Assembly (NCBI GenBank): GCA_963803435.1 | Contig: CAWDML010000014.1 | Coordinates: 128,001 to 192,000 of the forward strand | Source of the DNA: an uncultured delta proteobacterium | Lineage (GTDB): Bacteria; Myxococcota; Kuafuiibacteriia; Kuafuiibacteriales; Kuafuiibacteriaceae | Length of the DNA stretch: 64,000 bases | Reading direction: 5' to 3' | In this document: positions 41,505-52,454 of the stretch, piece after piece | How the letters are laid out: each line of letters begins with the position of its first letter | How positions within the stretch are numbered: the stretch's first letter is position 1 | The notes under the pieces: generated by a model | Databases searched by the model: none | Seen by the model: the letters and a program-made list of their open reading frames with translations, nothing else | Told to the model about the DNA's origin: nothing | Translations under genes and position numbers: made by a program

Positions 41505-42840
41505 ATGAAACGGCGGACCTTCCTGAAGTCACTCGGCGTCGGCGCCGGCGCGTTCATGCTCCACTCGGCCTTGCGTCCGGCGAGCGCCCGCGCAGCGGTC
41601 GATCGCAGCTTCGTGTTCTGCTACTTCCGCGGGGGATGGGACACACTCCTGTCCTTGGATCCGCGCGATCCGAACGTCTTCACGGACGACCGCAGGAACG
41701 AGACCTTGATCGAGCTCGCCTGGGATCAGATCCCGGCCAACTATCCGCGCACGATCCAGCAGCCCGCAGGCTCCAACATCGGGTTCGGGCCGGTCATGGG
41801 CGGCATCATGGAGCACTACGACAAGATGTGCGTGGTGCGCGGAATGAGCATGGACACCGTGGCGCACGACGTGGGGCGCAAGTTCTTCATCACCGGCCTG
41901 GCGCCGCGCGGCACCTCCGCTGCCGGCTCGGCCGCGCCCACGCGCATCGTCGGCCAGCAGGGCGACCACTCGGCGTTCCCCAACCTGGTGGTTGGCGGCG
42001 TCGACACCTACAACGAGGGCGATCCTTCGTTCGCCAGCGGACTCACCGTCAGCACCGTGGGCGATTCTGATCACCACGCTCACCGACGGACCCTCGGCTC
42101 CGCCCCCCATCGTCCGCAGCGAGCTCGACCGGTACCGCGGTCGCGCCGTCGACTGCGATCCGACCCAGCTCGACAAGCGCGGTCTGTTCGGGCTGATCCG
42201 ATCGAGCCAAGCCAAGGCGCGCGAGCTGGTCTCGAGCGGGCTGTCCTCGAAGTTCCAGTTCCTGGGCCAGGACGCAGAGATGGTCGACATCGCAGCGCGC
42301 TACGGCGTCACCAACCTGGCGTCGGTGCAAGCGCAGGCCGCGATGGCGTTCCAGGCGCTCCGCTACGAGATGGCTCAGTGTGTGACGATCGAGATGGCCG
42401 GGGCGCTCGACACTCACGACAACAGCTGGACCACCACGCAGCCCGACGATCAGTCCGACGGCTGGACCGCGCTCGGCCGGCTGGTGACGGACCTCGACGC
42501 CACCCCCGATCCGAGCCGCGGCGGGTCGCTGCTCGAGCACACCACGATCCTCGCGTTCTCCGAGTTCGGGCGGACGGCCCTCCTCAACGCGCGCGGCGGG
42601 CGAGATCACAGCCTGACCTCGAGCTGTCTGCTCCTGGGCGCCGGGGTCCCGCACAACCGGGTGATCGGCAAATCGAGCGACACGGGCATGTCCCCGTCCG
42701 CAGTGAACCCGGAGACCGGGGCACTCGACGACAGCGGTGTGCTGATCAGCCCCACGCACGTGATCGCCTCGATGATGGCGAGCGCCGGCCTCGACACCAA
42801 GAAGCTGCGCATCGATGGCCTCCCCTGCTTGATGGTGTAG
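41505..42840 (+). CDS. Tat-exported DUF1501-domain protein (+1 frameshift at 42063-42067)
   Basis: MKRRTFLK Tat motif, YFRGGWD, DTHD, SEFGRT..LN..GGRDH. Confidence 0.85.
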
Positions 42841-42980
42841 CCGCCGCGGCCTCTGGGGGTGGGCTCCCACCCTTGCGCGGCATGCGGGGATCGCGCGGTC
42901 TTGTCGTGGCCCCCATCTCTGGATTCGGCCTATCATGGTCACCAGAGCGACGAATGATCAGTCAGAGCTCAGGGCTCCCG

Positions 42981-44252
42981 ATGGGGAGCATCCTCGTGGT
43001 CGACGACGACGACGGGGTCCGTCGGTTCGTCGCGCGAACGCTGATCAAGCTCGGCTACCAGGTGGAAACGGCGAGCGACGGTGAGCTCGCCATCCAGCAG
43101 CTCAAGCGCCGCCACTTCGATCTGGTCGTCACGGACCTGAAGATGCCCGACCTCGACGGCCGGGATCTTCTCCAGACGATCCTCGAGTCCGGGGTCGACA
43201 CCGACGTCCTCATGATGTCCGGCGCCGGCACGATTCCCGAAGCGGTGGAGGCGATCCGTCTCGGCGCCAAGAACTTCCTCGAGAAGCCGATCGACCTCGC
43301 GGATCTCAAGCGCGAGGTCCGGGCGATCTTCAAGGCCCGGACCGAGGGCGCCACGCTCTCTCCGGCCACCGGCGCGGTGATGCAGTCGACTCTGCCGCCG
43401 GCCAACCCGAACCAGATCGGCCGCTACGAGATCAAGTCGCAGCTCGGATCCGGCGGCATGGGGGAGGTCTTCGGCGCCTTCGATCCGATGTTGAAGCGAC
43501 CGGTCGCGATCAAGACGATGCTGCCCGTGGCCGACGCCCGCAAGCGGGCCGAGCTCCTCGAGCGCTTCCGGCGCGAAGGGTGGGTGACCGGAAGCCTGCA
43601 GCATCCGAACATCGTCGCGGTCTACGATCTCGGAGAGGACGACTACCGGCGCTGTCTCTATCTGGTGATGGAGCTCGTCGAGGGGACGTCGCTGCGCAAG
43701 ATGATGACCGAGGACCTGGTCGACCTGGGCAAGGCGACCGGGATCGCGAGTCAGGTCGCCGACGCGCTCGCCTACGCGCATCGGCGGGGGATCATCCACC
43801 GCGACGTCAAGCCCGAGAACGTGCTGGTGACGCCGAGCGGGGTGGCCAAGCTGGTCGACTTCGGGATCGCCAAGGTGGAGGTGTCCGATCTGACCGGCGA
43901 GGGCCGCTGGCTCGGCTCTCCCAACTACTTCTCCCCGGAGATGGTCCGCGGCGCGAAGCTCGACCACCGCGCAGATCAGTTCTCGCTCGGCACGATGATC
44001 ATCGAGATGGTCACCGGCACCCGGATCTTCGACGACGACGACCCGTACCGCATCGGCCGCAACATCGTGGAGCACCGGACGCCGCCGCTGCGCCGGCTCG
44101 ATCCCGAGGTGCCGGAGGCGCTGGAGCAGATCGTGGCGCGGCTGCACCGGAAGGATCCGTCGGATCGCTACGAGGACGAGAGCGCGCTGGTGAGCCAGCT
44201 GCGCGCGCTGGCCTCTCAGTTCGACAGTCTGCCCAGCTGGTCGTTCGGCTGA
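42981..44252 (+). CDS. Receiver domain fused to a cytoplasmic Ser/Thr protein kinase
   Basis: ILVVDDD, TDLKMP, EKP, then LGSGGMGEV, VAIK, HRDVKPEN, DFG, SPE; no TM segment. Confidence 0.9.
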   Translation: MGSILVVDDDDGVRRFVARTLIKLGYQVETASDGELAIQQLKRRHFDLVVTDLKMPDLDGRDLLQTILESGVDTDVLMMSGAGTIPEAVEAIRLGAKNFLEKPIDLADLKREVRAIFKARTEGATLSPATGAVMQSTLPPANPNQIGRYEIKSQLGSGGMGEVFGAFDPMLKRPVAIKTMLPVADARKRAELLERFRREGWVTGSLQHPNIVAVYDLGEDDYRRCLYLVMELVEGTSLRKMMTEDLVDLGKATGIASQVADALAYAHRRGIIHRDVKPENVLVTPSGVAKLVDFGIAKVEVSDLTGEGRWLGSPNYFSPEMVRGAKLDHRADQFSLGTMIIEMVTGTRIFDDDDPYRIGRNIVEHRTPPLRRLDPEVPEALEQIVARLHRKDPSDRYEDESALVSQLRALASQFDSLPSWSFG

Positions 44253-44264
44253 GCCCTTCGCGAC

Positions 44265-46032
44265 TCACCGCTGGACGCCGACCACCGGATCGCGCGCATT
44301 CTCGAACCAGGTCCCGGTGGCGGAGGCGTCGTGGTTCGGCTGCGGCCAGGCGAACTCCCTCGAGGCGGCGCTGTTCGGTCCCAGCGTGATCACCTCGAGC
44401 ATCTCACCGGCCAGGATGATCACGTCGAGATCCAGATCGTTGGCGCCGCCGATCTTGGCCAGCGCGACCGTGACGTCCTCGGATTGCTGGGTGGCGGAGA
44501 GCGGATCCCAGCCGTCGAGCGCGCGACCGCTCGAGGCGTTCCCGTGGAGGTCGCGGGTCCCGGTGTCGTAGGTGACGATCTCGGCGCCGTCACGCCCGTC
44601 CATGTTCCACAGCAGCGTGTGTTGCGCGCCCTGGATCCCGCCGCCCCAGGCGTCGAACGAGGTGGCCGGCGTCCCGTCCAGCGGGTGGAGCTCGACGATA
44701 CCGTCCTCGGTCAGCACGGCCTGAAGTCGAGCCTCGTCGCCGACGCGTGCGATCGCGAGGCGGGCCGAGAGATCGCGATCGACGCCCGCGATCAGCGGCG
44801 ACGACCGCACCGCCCCCAGCGCGGGCGCGCGGCTGTTCCCCAGCTGGAGCTCCGTGAAGCGGACCTCGTTGGCGCGAACGTCGGCGAGCACCGGCGGGTC
44901 GGCGAGCGCGAGCGCCGGGGCGCGCCTCGAGGGCTCCGGGACCACCTCGAGCGGTACGAACGTGGGACGCCCCCCCAGCCAAGCGACCAGGCCGTTCGCC
45001 CCGCCGTAGCCCGCGACGAGCACCAGCTCGAGCTCGCGACCGCCGATCACGATCGGTCCGGCCATCGTCTCTTGCGGCGCAAGCGTCATGGTGATGCCGG
45101 GCAGCGCCACGTTGGTGGAGGTGTTCGTGAGCGGCGCCCAGACGAACAGGTGCACGCCGTTGCGCTCCGTGCTGTCGAGCGCGACCACGTCGAGCCCCTG
45201 GCCGTCGAGGTTGGCCATCACCGGCTGCGTGACCCGACTCGACGGAACCGCGGGAAGGATCTCCTTGCTGAAGACCATCGTGCGGAGTGGATCTCCGCCC
45301 AGCCGCACCGCGACGAGCTCGGTCCGCGCGACGCCGGGGTTGGAGCAGACACCCGCGAGCCACACCACCGACCCGTCCGCGTTGGCGCGTGCCACCAGCG
45401 AGCGAGCGCGGAGCCGACAGGGGAGGACCTCCCCGACCGGCTCCCCGATCAGCGTGCACCGGTCGTCGGCGGTCCGTTCGTACCGCACGCGGGCGATTCT
45501 GATCGGCCACCGCGGTGTAGGCGAACCAGCCGCCGGCGGGCACCAGCACCAGCGAGGCGAGGTCCGGGAACTCGGTGTCGGCCACCTTGACCTGGCAGCG
45601 CGCGCGCAGGCTGGTGCGATCGACCAGCGGCAGCTCGAGCACCGCGCGCTCACCCGAATTCGGCGGCAGCGCCGCCACGGCCGACGTGGTGGTCACGACG
45701 GCGAGCGTGTCGCCGATGCGAGGGCTCTGGAACGGGCGCCGGCCGTCGATCGTGATGCCCAGCTCCGACGACGGCTCACCGTAGAGGATGAAGGTGTACC
45801 GGCTCGGATCCTCCCAGCGCCCAGCGCCCTTCTCGAACGGACATACGCCCGTCGGATCGGCCTCGAACGGGAGCGTGCAGCCCACCAGCTCGGAGCCGCC
45901 GGAACCGGTGTGGATGGTGAGCACGAGATCCGAGAGCGCGTCCTCGTCGATGGAGACGCGGACCTCGAGGGCCGCCGGATCCCGACAGGCGAAGGCGACG
46001 GCTGCCAGCGAGACCACGAGCGCGCGCCTCAT
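44265..46032 (-). CDS. Hypothetical lipoprotein with FG-GAP-like C-terminus (+1 frameshift at 45495-45499)
   Basis: MRRALVVSLAAVAFAC lipobox; NLDGQGLDVV, NMDGRDGAEIV. Confidence 0.6.
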
Positions 46033-46824
46033 CGGGGCACCTTGATCAGCGGCGTGTTGGGATCGTCGCCTTGATCCGGTCGATTCGGCTGCGCCAGGAA
46101 TCCGATCGTGACGCCGGCGCCCACGACGGCAGCCCCGATCGCCACCCACACTGGCCACGGCACGCCGCCGGAATCGACCTCCACGACCTGCGTGCTGGGA
46201 TCCGGTCGCGGGGAGAGCAGCAGCTCGGTCGTGTACTGGTGGAGCACGCGGCCCACCCGATCGAGCACCTGTCCGGAGATTCCGCACGCGATCCGCCTTC
46301 GCCTCCGGCGACACCGCCACGGTCGCGGTGGCGGCCCGTCCGAGCAGCGCCACCTCGCCCTCGCGCGCCTCACCGGCCGGCAGGAACGCCGTCCGATAGC
46401 GCACGCGCGACGCGTCGCGCAGGCCGCCCGTGAGGACCACGTCGATGCGGAGCGACTCGTGCGCGAGCCATCCCGCCGAGACCTTCGCCTCCAGCGGTCG
46501 CACGCTCTCGCGGATCGACTCGATCGTCTCGCGCGTCGCGGGCGACAGCGCCGGATCGTCCACGACGTGATCGGGCGATCGCTCGAAGATCTCCACGAGC
46601 GCGGCCTTCGCGTCCTCGGGCTGATTGAGGATCAGATGCGCCAGCGCCATCACCTCGAGACACGCGAGGGGGCGCGTAGGGTCGGCTTTGAGCGCGGCGC
46701 CGGCGGTGCTGAGGGCGTCCTCGAGCGCCAGCGCCTGGTACTGGTCGCGGGCCTCGTCACAGCCGCCGGGAGTGCTCGAAAGGCTCGCGAAAACCACCAG
46801 ATGGAGTGCTATGATGGGCACCAC
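46029..46824 (-). CDS. Exported TPR-like protein with C-terminal TM (+1 frameshift at 46278-46282)
   Basis: Signal peptide, helical TPR-like N-terminus, PWPVWVAIGAAVVGAGV TM. Confidence 0.6.
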
Positions 46825-46854
46825 CGACGGGAGATTGTCCCAGGTTTTTCAGCG

Positions 46855-48447
46855 ATGGTCATCCGCCCACGGCCTCAAGGCGTACCTTTTGGGCGCTATC
46901 TGATCAGGAGGAGGCTCGGCAACGGCGGCATGGGAGAAGTGTTCCTCGCCGACCAGCTCGGGCCCCTCGGTCCGGTCCGTCCGGTCGCGCTGAAGCGGAT
47001 GCTCCCCGGCCTCGCGAAGGACCGCGACACGGCGCGCCTCTTCCTCGAGGAGATGGCGATCGCCGCGCAGCTCAACCACCCCAACATCGCGACCACCTAC
47101 GACTTCGGAGAGATCGAGGGCGATTACTTCCTGGCGATGGAGTATGTCGAAGGGCTCTCGCTCAACCGCATCATCGCCGCGCTCGGTCCGCTCCCTCCCC
47201 CGGCCGCGCTGCAGATCGTGAAACAGATCGCCGACGCGCTCTCCTACGCGCACGCCAAGCGCTCGGAGGGGCGGGCGCCGGTGGTGCATCAGGACGTCTC
47301 GCCGCACAACGTGATGATCTCCCGCGAGGGTGGCGTGAAGCTCCTCGACTTCGGGATCGCGCGCGCGGAGACCGCGGTGCACGGGGGACGCGTCCGGGCC
47401 AAGGCTGCCTACGCAGCGCCCGAGCAGCTGCGCGGCGCCGCGCCCGATCGCCGCTTCGACCTCTGGTCGCTGGGCGTGGTGCTCTACGAGTGTCTCACCG
47501 GACGGCGCCCGTTCGAAGGGGACGACCTGATGGCGATCCTCGCGGCCGCGGAGGCCCGACGCCATCCGCCGCTGTCGGCGCTGCGCCCGGAGGTCGAGCC
47601 GTTCGAGGAGCTGGTCACCCGCGCGCTCGAGCCCGATCCGGATCGCCGCTGGCTCGGCGCGGAGGCCTTCCGCGCCGCCTGCCTCCGCCTCGGTGAGCGG
47701 TTCGGGATGGCCGTGCCCACGGACCTCGGGCTGTTGATGGAGCGCGCCGGCGGTCCCGACGCGAAGGACGACATCGCCGAGGTCTCCGGAACCGGCGTGG
47801 CTGCGCTCGACGCCGAGGCCATGGCCGCGCTCCAGGCGGTCGATGCGCGCTCGGGCCAGACCGACACGGCGCCGGCGCCGGCGCCGGCCACGCCCTCGCG
47901 ACGGCCGCTGGTGGCGGCGCTGCTCACCGCGCTGGTGGTGGCGATGGGCGTGGTCGTGTGGAACCGCCCGCCGCCCGAGCCGAAGGCCGAGCCGATTGTG
48001 GAGGCGGTCGTGCCCGAGCGCGGCGCGCCGCCTCCGGTCAAACCGATCATCCGGGACGAGCCGTCCGGCGACCGGGCCGCCGCGCCCGCCGAAGTGCACC
48101 CGCCGGCCCGGCGCCCGAAGCGCCGCCGCCCGAAGATCAACGCGCACGCGCCCCCGCCGACGCCGCCGCCGTCGCGTGCGCCGCTGCCGCCGCCTCCGGC
48201 CGAGGGCTTCGGCAAGCTCTCGGTCCGGACGGATCCCACCTGGGCGCGACTCCTCCTCGACGGCCAGCCGATTGGGCGCACGATCCTGTACGGGCGCCCG
48301 TTCGACCCCGGCCCCCACCGGCTCCAGATGGAGCCTGGAGACGACGGCTTCTCGCCGCTCGACACCACCATCACCATCAAGCCCGGCGTCACGACGAACG
48401 TTTTTGCGAACTTCAGGACTCGCCAGGTCAAGGTCGTCGAGCGCTGA
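46855..48447 (+). CDS. Membrane Ser/Thr protein kinase with C-terminal PEGA domain
   Basis: LGNGGMGEVF, VALKR, HQDVSPHN, DFG, APE; TM; Pro-rich linker; G.LSV.T.P.WA...LDG..IG.T PEGA. Confidence 0.9.
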   Translation: MVIRPRPQGVPFGRYLIRRRLGNGGMGEVFLADQLGPLGPVRPVALKRMLPGLAKDRDTARLFLEEMAIAAQLNHPNIATTYDFGEIEGDYFLAMEYVEGLSLNRIIAALGPLPPPAALQIVKQIADALSYAHAKRSEGRAPVVHQDVSPHNVMISREGGVKLLDFGIARAETAVHGGRVRAKAAYAAPEQLRGAAPDRRFDLWSLGVVLYECLTGRRPFEGDDLMAILAAAEARRHPPLSALRPEVEPFEELVTRALEPDPDRRWLGAEAFRAACLRLGERFGMAVPTDLGLLMERAGGPDAKDDIAEVSGTGVAALDAEAMAALQAVDARSGQTDTAPAPAPATPSRRPLVAALLTALVVAMGVVVWNRPPPEPKAEPIVEAVVPERGAPPPVKPIIRDEPSGDRAAAPAEVHPPARRPKRRRPKINAHAPPPTPPPSRAPLPPPPAEGFGKLSVRTDPTWARLLLDGQPIGRTILYGRPFDPGPHRLQMEPGDDGFSPLDTTITIKPGVTTNVFANFRTRQVKVVER

Positions 48448-48515
48448 GTGTGGCGCTCTCGCGAGACCGATCGAGGCTTTGTCGGGCGCGGTCCCCGTGT
48501 TAGGCCTTGGCCGGC

Positions 48516-49766
48516 ATGAACTTGCTGTCGATGATCCTGGCGGGCGGAGAGGGAACTCGCCTGTGGCCGCTGACGCAGGAGCGCGCCAAGCCGGCGGTGC
48601 CGTTCGGAGGACGATTTCGGATCATCGACTTCGCGCTGTCGAACTTCCTCAACTCTGGGCTGCGGAAGATCAAGATCCTGACCCAGTACAAGTCGGACTC
48701 TCTCCTCAAGCACCTGTTGCGGACGTACAACCGCGCGGTCGGCTTCGAGGACTTCATCGAGCCGGTGCCGCCGCAGCAGAACCTGAGCAAGAGCTGGTAC
48801 GGCGGAAGCGTCGACGCCGTATTCCAGAACCTCAACGTCATCTTCGACGAGGCGCCCGACATCGTCGCGGTGTTCGGCGCGGATCACATCTACAAGATGG
48901 ATCTGCGCCCGATGATCCAGTACCACCTCGATCAGAAGGCGAGCGTCACCGTCGCCGCCATCCCGGTGCCAAGGGACGAGGCCACCCGCTTCGGCTGCAT
49001 CGCCATGGACAGCCAGTATCGGATGATCGGGTTCGTGGAGAAGCCGCAGAACCCGCCCGAGATCCCGGGCCGCCCGGGCTGGACGCTGGCGTCCATGGGC
49101 AACTATCTATTCAACACCAACGTGCTGACGCGCGAGGCCGAGAACGACGCCACCAGCGCCTCCAGCTCCCACGACTTCGGCGGCGACATCCTCCCCCGTA
49201 TCTTCGAGCGCGAGCCGGTCTTCGTCTACGACTTCCACACCAACGTCATCCGCGGCGAGGAAGAACGAGCGCGCGGGTACTGGCGCGACATCGGGACGAT
49301 CGAGGCCTACCACGCCGCCTCGATGGATCTGATCTCGGTGGCGCCCGTCCTCAACCTCTACAACACGCACTGGCCGATCCGATCGGGCTTCAGCAACCTC
49401 CCGCCGGCCAAGTTCGTCTTCGCCGACCAGGAGACGAAGCGCATCGGCATCGCCACCGACTCGATGGTGTCCGAGGGCTGCATCATCTCCGGCGGTCACA
49501 TCGAGCGCTCGATCCTCTCGCCGCAGGTGCGGCTCAACTCGTACGCGCACGTGAGCGAGTCGATCATCTTCGAGGGCGCGAACATCGGCCGACACTCGCG
49601 CATCCGGCGGGCCATCATCGACAAGAACGTCGAGATCCCCGAGGGCACCACCATCGGCTACGACCATGACGAGGACCGCAAGCGATGGTTCGTCTCGAAG
49701 GACGGGATCGTGGTGGTGCCGAAACAGGGGGCGCTGGCGCAGATCGGTGAGCGAACCCACGCGTAG
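48516..49766 (+). CDS. glgC: Glucose-1-phosphate adenylyltransferase
   Basis: [55 protein letters not shown]. Confidence 0.97.
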   Translation: MNLLSMILAGGEGTRLWPLTQERAKPAVPFGGRFRIIDFALSNFLNSGLRKIKILTQYKSDSLLKHLLRTYNRAVGFEDFIEPVPPQQNLSKSWYGGSVDAVFQNLNVIFDEAPDIVAVFGADHIYKMDLRPMIQYHLDQKASVTVAAIPVPRDEATRFGCIAMDSQYRMIGFVEKPQNPPEIPGRPGWTLASMGNYLFNTNVLTREAENDATSASSSHDFGGDILPRIFEREPVFVYDFHTNVIRGEEERARGYWRDIGTIEAYHAASMDLISVAPVLNLYNTHWPIRSGFSNLPPAKFVFADQETKRIGIATDSMVSEGCIISGGHIERSILSPQVRLNSYAHVSESIIFEGANIGRHSRIRRAIIDKNVEIPEGTTIGYDHDEDRKRWFVSKDGIVVVPKQGALAQIGERTHA

Positions 49767-49822
49767 ACGGGTTCTTCGGCCGATGGTCGGCGGGCGGGCG
49801 ATCCGGGTAGGATCGTCCCCCC

Positions 49823-51277
49823 GTGGTCAAGGTCCCACCACCTGACGAGCGGAACTTCACCCGGCGCACGGTGGCCGGCGCGGCGGGCGGCATGCTCGGC
49901 GTCGACTACGAGGACGAACGGCAGCCGGATCCCAGCACGGTCAAGGCCACCACCGGCACCGGCTCCAACCGCGACAGCCCGGGCGCCGAGGTCTCCGCCC
50001 AGCAAGCGATCGCCGAAGAGACCGGGCTGAAGCGCGCACGAAAGACGACCGACCCCAAGGACGAGTCCGAGATGATCCTCGACGACGAGGACGCCACCAC
50101 CCGCGACGAGAAGACGAAGCAGCGGACACGGCGCTCGGTCGCGCGCGATCGGATGACCGTCGACAAGGACGCCCCGCGACTGCTGCACAAGCGGCCCTGG
50201 GATCAGGACGACGAGCCGCCGCCCGAGGAGCCCGACGACATCGACCTCGAGGCGCTCGCCGAGGCCATCGCGTCGGCCGGCGATCCCATAGAGGGGATCG
50301 ACCACCGCCGCTGGTCGATCGGCGACGCCCGGCTCACGGATCCCCACGCCATCAAGGAGGCGCTCGGATCGCCCGTCGCCTACGCGAAGCACTGCGTGAT
50401 CCTGGCGGAGGCGTTTCGCTCCAGCACCGGCGCGCGGCGCTCCGAGGCGGTCCGTTACCTGGCCCTCATGTTCGCGGCGCTCGGCGACCGCAACTTTGCG
50501 CGCCAGGCGCTCAAGGAGCTCGGTCCCGCCACCGGGATCGTGGATCTGTATCCGCTCGAGGTGATCGAAGAGGTCGTCGAGTCGTACCCAGGCCTCCTCT
50601 CGAAGGTCGGCTTCGGCACGCTGTTCGTACGGCCCAAGAAATCACTCCTCGAGCTCGAGGCGGGCGTGACCTCGTTGCTCACCTATCCGGAGAGCCTCAA
50701 GATCCGAGGCTTCGCGATCAAGGGCGGCGACCGGCCCGGCTACCGGTTCGAGCCCCACAACGTCGACGGCCAATACGCCCTCACAATCTCGGCGCCGGGC
50801 CGCTACCACCTCCTGATCTCCGGCGTCACGCGCTCCGGACACACGGTGATCGATCGAATCGACACGCTGGTCCGCGACGGCCCCCACGCGATCCACGTCC
50901 TCCCCGAGCCCGAGCCGATCCGCGACGCCGCCAAGGTGGACGCCTGGCCCAGGCCTGAACCGATCCCGATCGACTTCGAGCGCCTCCTCGACCGCGACGA
51001 CGCATCTCGACAGGACGACTCGAGCAGCGTGCTCTCGAGCGGCGAGCTGGTCAGCCGCCAGCAGATGGGTGCGCTCCGGGTCGCCGCCGACGAGCGCAGC
51101 TTCGAGATCGTCGACGCCCCGGCGCGGGTGCCGCCCGAGAAGGCCGCGCCTCCGAGCGACGATCCGAAGGACGCCCTCAGCCGTGCCGAGGCCTCCCTCC
51201 TCAGGCTGGCCGTCGCCGTCGGCACCGACGACGCCGACGTGCAGGCGGCGCCGCTCGCCGACGAAGACGAGGACTGA
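49823..51277 (+). CDS. Hypothetical cytoplasmic protein with acidic disordered termini
   Basis: 484-aa ORF with host-like codon usage; no motif recognised. Confidence 0.65.
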   Translation: MVKVPPPDERNFTRRTVAGAAGGMLGVDYEDERQPDPSTVKATTGTGSNRDSPGAEVSAQQAIAEETGLKRARKTTDPKDESEMILDDEDATTRDEKTKQRTRRSVARDRMTVDKDAPRLLHKRPWDQDDEPPPEEPDDIDLEALAEAIASAGDPIEGIDHRRWSIGDARLTDPHAIKEALGSPVAYAKHCVILAEAFRSSTGARRSEAVRYLALMFAALGDRNFARQALKELGPATGIVDLYPLEVIEEVVESYPGLLSKVGFGTLFVRPKKSLLELEAGVTSLLTYPESLKIRGFAIKGGDRPGYRFEPHNVDGQYALTISAPGRYHLLISGVTRSGHTVIDRIDTLVRDGPHAIHVLPEPEPIRDAAKVDAWPRPEPIPIDFERLLDRDDASRQDDSSSVLSSGELVSRQQMGALRVAADERSFEIVDAPARVPPEKAAPPSDDPKDALSRAEASLLRLAVAVGTDDADVQAAPLADEDED

Positions 51278-51287
51278 CTTCGCTCTC

Positions 51288-51788
51288 TCAGAACCCGGCG
51301 CGGATCCCGAACCCGTAGTCGATCGAGGCCCGCCGGTCGGGGAAGATCGAGAGCCCGATCGCCGTCTCGAAGTACACCTCGACCGCGTCGAGATCCGAGA
51401 GCACCGAGATCCCCACCGGGACGCGGAACCCGAACCGATCTTCGTCCTCGCCCTTCTCGATGGCGCCGCGCGCGCCGAACCCGAACCACGGCATCAACCA
51501 GAGATCGCCGAGCACCCGGCCGAAGATGGTCTCGGAGCGATACACCACGTCGATGCCCATGATCCCGGAGAAGTCGTCGGAGTGGGCGAGCCCCACATCG
51601 AGCTGGAGGACCAGGCCCTCCGAGAGATCGGTGGCGACGGTGAGCGACAGCGGGTTGCCGATGAGGATCCCGCCGCGGAGCTTCGAGTGCTCGGGAAAGG
51701 CGTGATCCGCCGGCGGCTGGGCGAGCGTGAGCAGTAGGGCCGCCCAGAGCACGGGCGAGTAGATTGCGGAAGACCTCCCGGCTGTCAA
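51288..51788 (-). CDS. Small outer-membrane beta-barrel protein (start uncertain)
   Basis: Signal-like segment, GGILIGNPLSL, alternating beta strands, C-terminal GIRAGF with terminal Phe. Confidence 0.6.
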   Translation of the reverse strand: MTAGRSSAIYSPVLWAALLLTLAQPPADHAFPEHSKLRGGILIGNPLSLTVATDLSEGLVLQLDVGLAHSDDFSGIMGIDVVYRSETIFGRVLGDLWLMPWFGFGARGAIEKGEDEDRFGFRVPVGISVLSDLDAVEVYFETAIGLSIFPDRRASIDYGFGIRAGF

Positions 51789-51803
51789 CTCGCGAGGAAC
51801 GCA

Positions 51804-52436
51804 TCACCTCTGTTGTGCTTCGCCGGTCATCGGAACGAACCGGACACCGAAGACGCTCTTCGCGTGATAGCCGTCGGGCGTCCGCGTGTACACCTTGAGC
51901 TCCTGCGACCAGGCCCCGACCGGAATCACCAGGCGCCCGCCGGTGCGGAGCTGCATCAGGAGCTCGGCCGGTACCTCCTCGGGCGCCGCGGTCACGATGA
52001 TCCCGTCGAACGGCGCCCGCTCGGGCAGACCGCGCGCACCGTCGCCGACGACGACGTGCACGTTGTCGAACCCCTCCTCGCGGAGGACGTGCGCCGCGCG
52101 CTCTGCGAGCTCCGGGATGATCTCGATCGTGTACACCTCGCCCACCAGCTGCGAGAGGACCGCCGCCTGATAGCCCGAACCGGTGCCGATCTCCAGCACC
52201 CGATCACCGCCCTGCGGCTGGAGCAGCTCCGTCATCGCGGCGACGATGAACGGCTGCGAGATGGTCTGCCCGTGGCCGATCGGAAGCGGGTGGTCCTCGT
52301 AGGCCTGGTCGCGATACTCGACCGGCACGAAGAGGTGGCGGGGCACCCGACGCATCGCCTTCAGGACGCGCTCGTTCTCGATCCCGCGAAACTGAATCTG
52401 CGCATCGACCATGGCTTCATCCGAACTCCCCTGCAA
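51804..52436 (-). CDS. pcm: Protein-L-isoaspartate O-methyltransferase
   Basis: VPRHLFVP, AY.D.PLPIG.GQTISQP, VLEIGTGSGYQAA, GGRLVIPVG, VRFVPM. Confidence 0.96.
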   Translation of the reverse strand: MQGSSDEAMVDAQIQFRGIENERVLKAMRRVPRHLFVPVEYRDQAYEDHPLPIGHGQTISQPFIVAAMTELLQPQGGDRVLEIGTGSGYQAAVLSQLVGEVYTIEIIPELAERAAHVLREEGFDNVHVVVGDGARGLPERAPFDGIIVTAAPEEVPAELLMQLRTGGRLVIPVGAWSQELKVYTRTPDGYHAKSVFGVRFVPMTGEAQQR

Positions 52437-52454
52437 GAAGCGTTGCAGTCTCCG

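Noticed and set aside
42857-42872. GC hairpin GGGTGG-GCTC-CCACCC after DUF1501 as an intrinsic terminator
   Set aside because: Short stem and no U-tract; not distinguishable from chance at this GC content.
41505-44252. 915-aa DUF1501-receiver-kinase fusion
   Set aside because: Caused by the +1 error at 42063-42067; DUF1501 ends at 42840 and the kinase starts at 42981.
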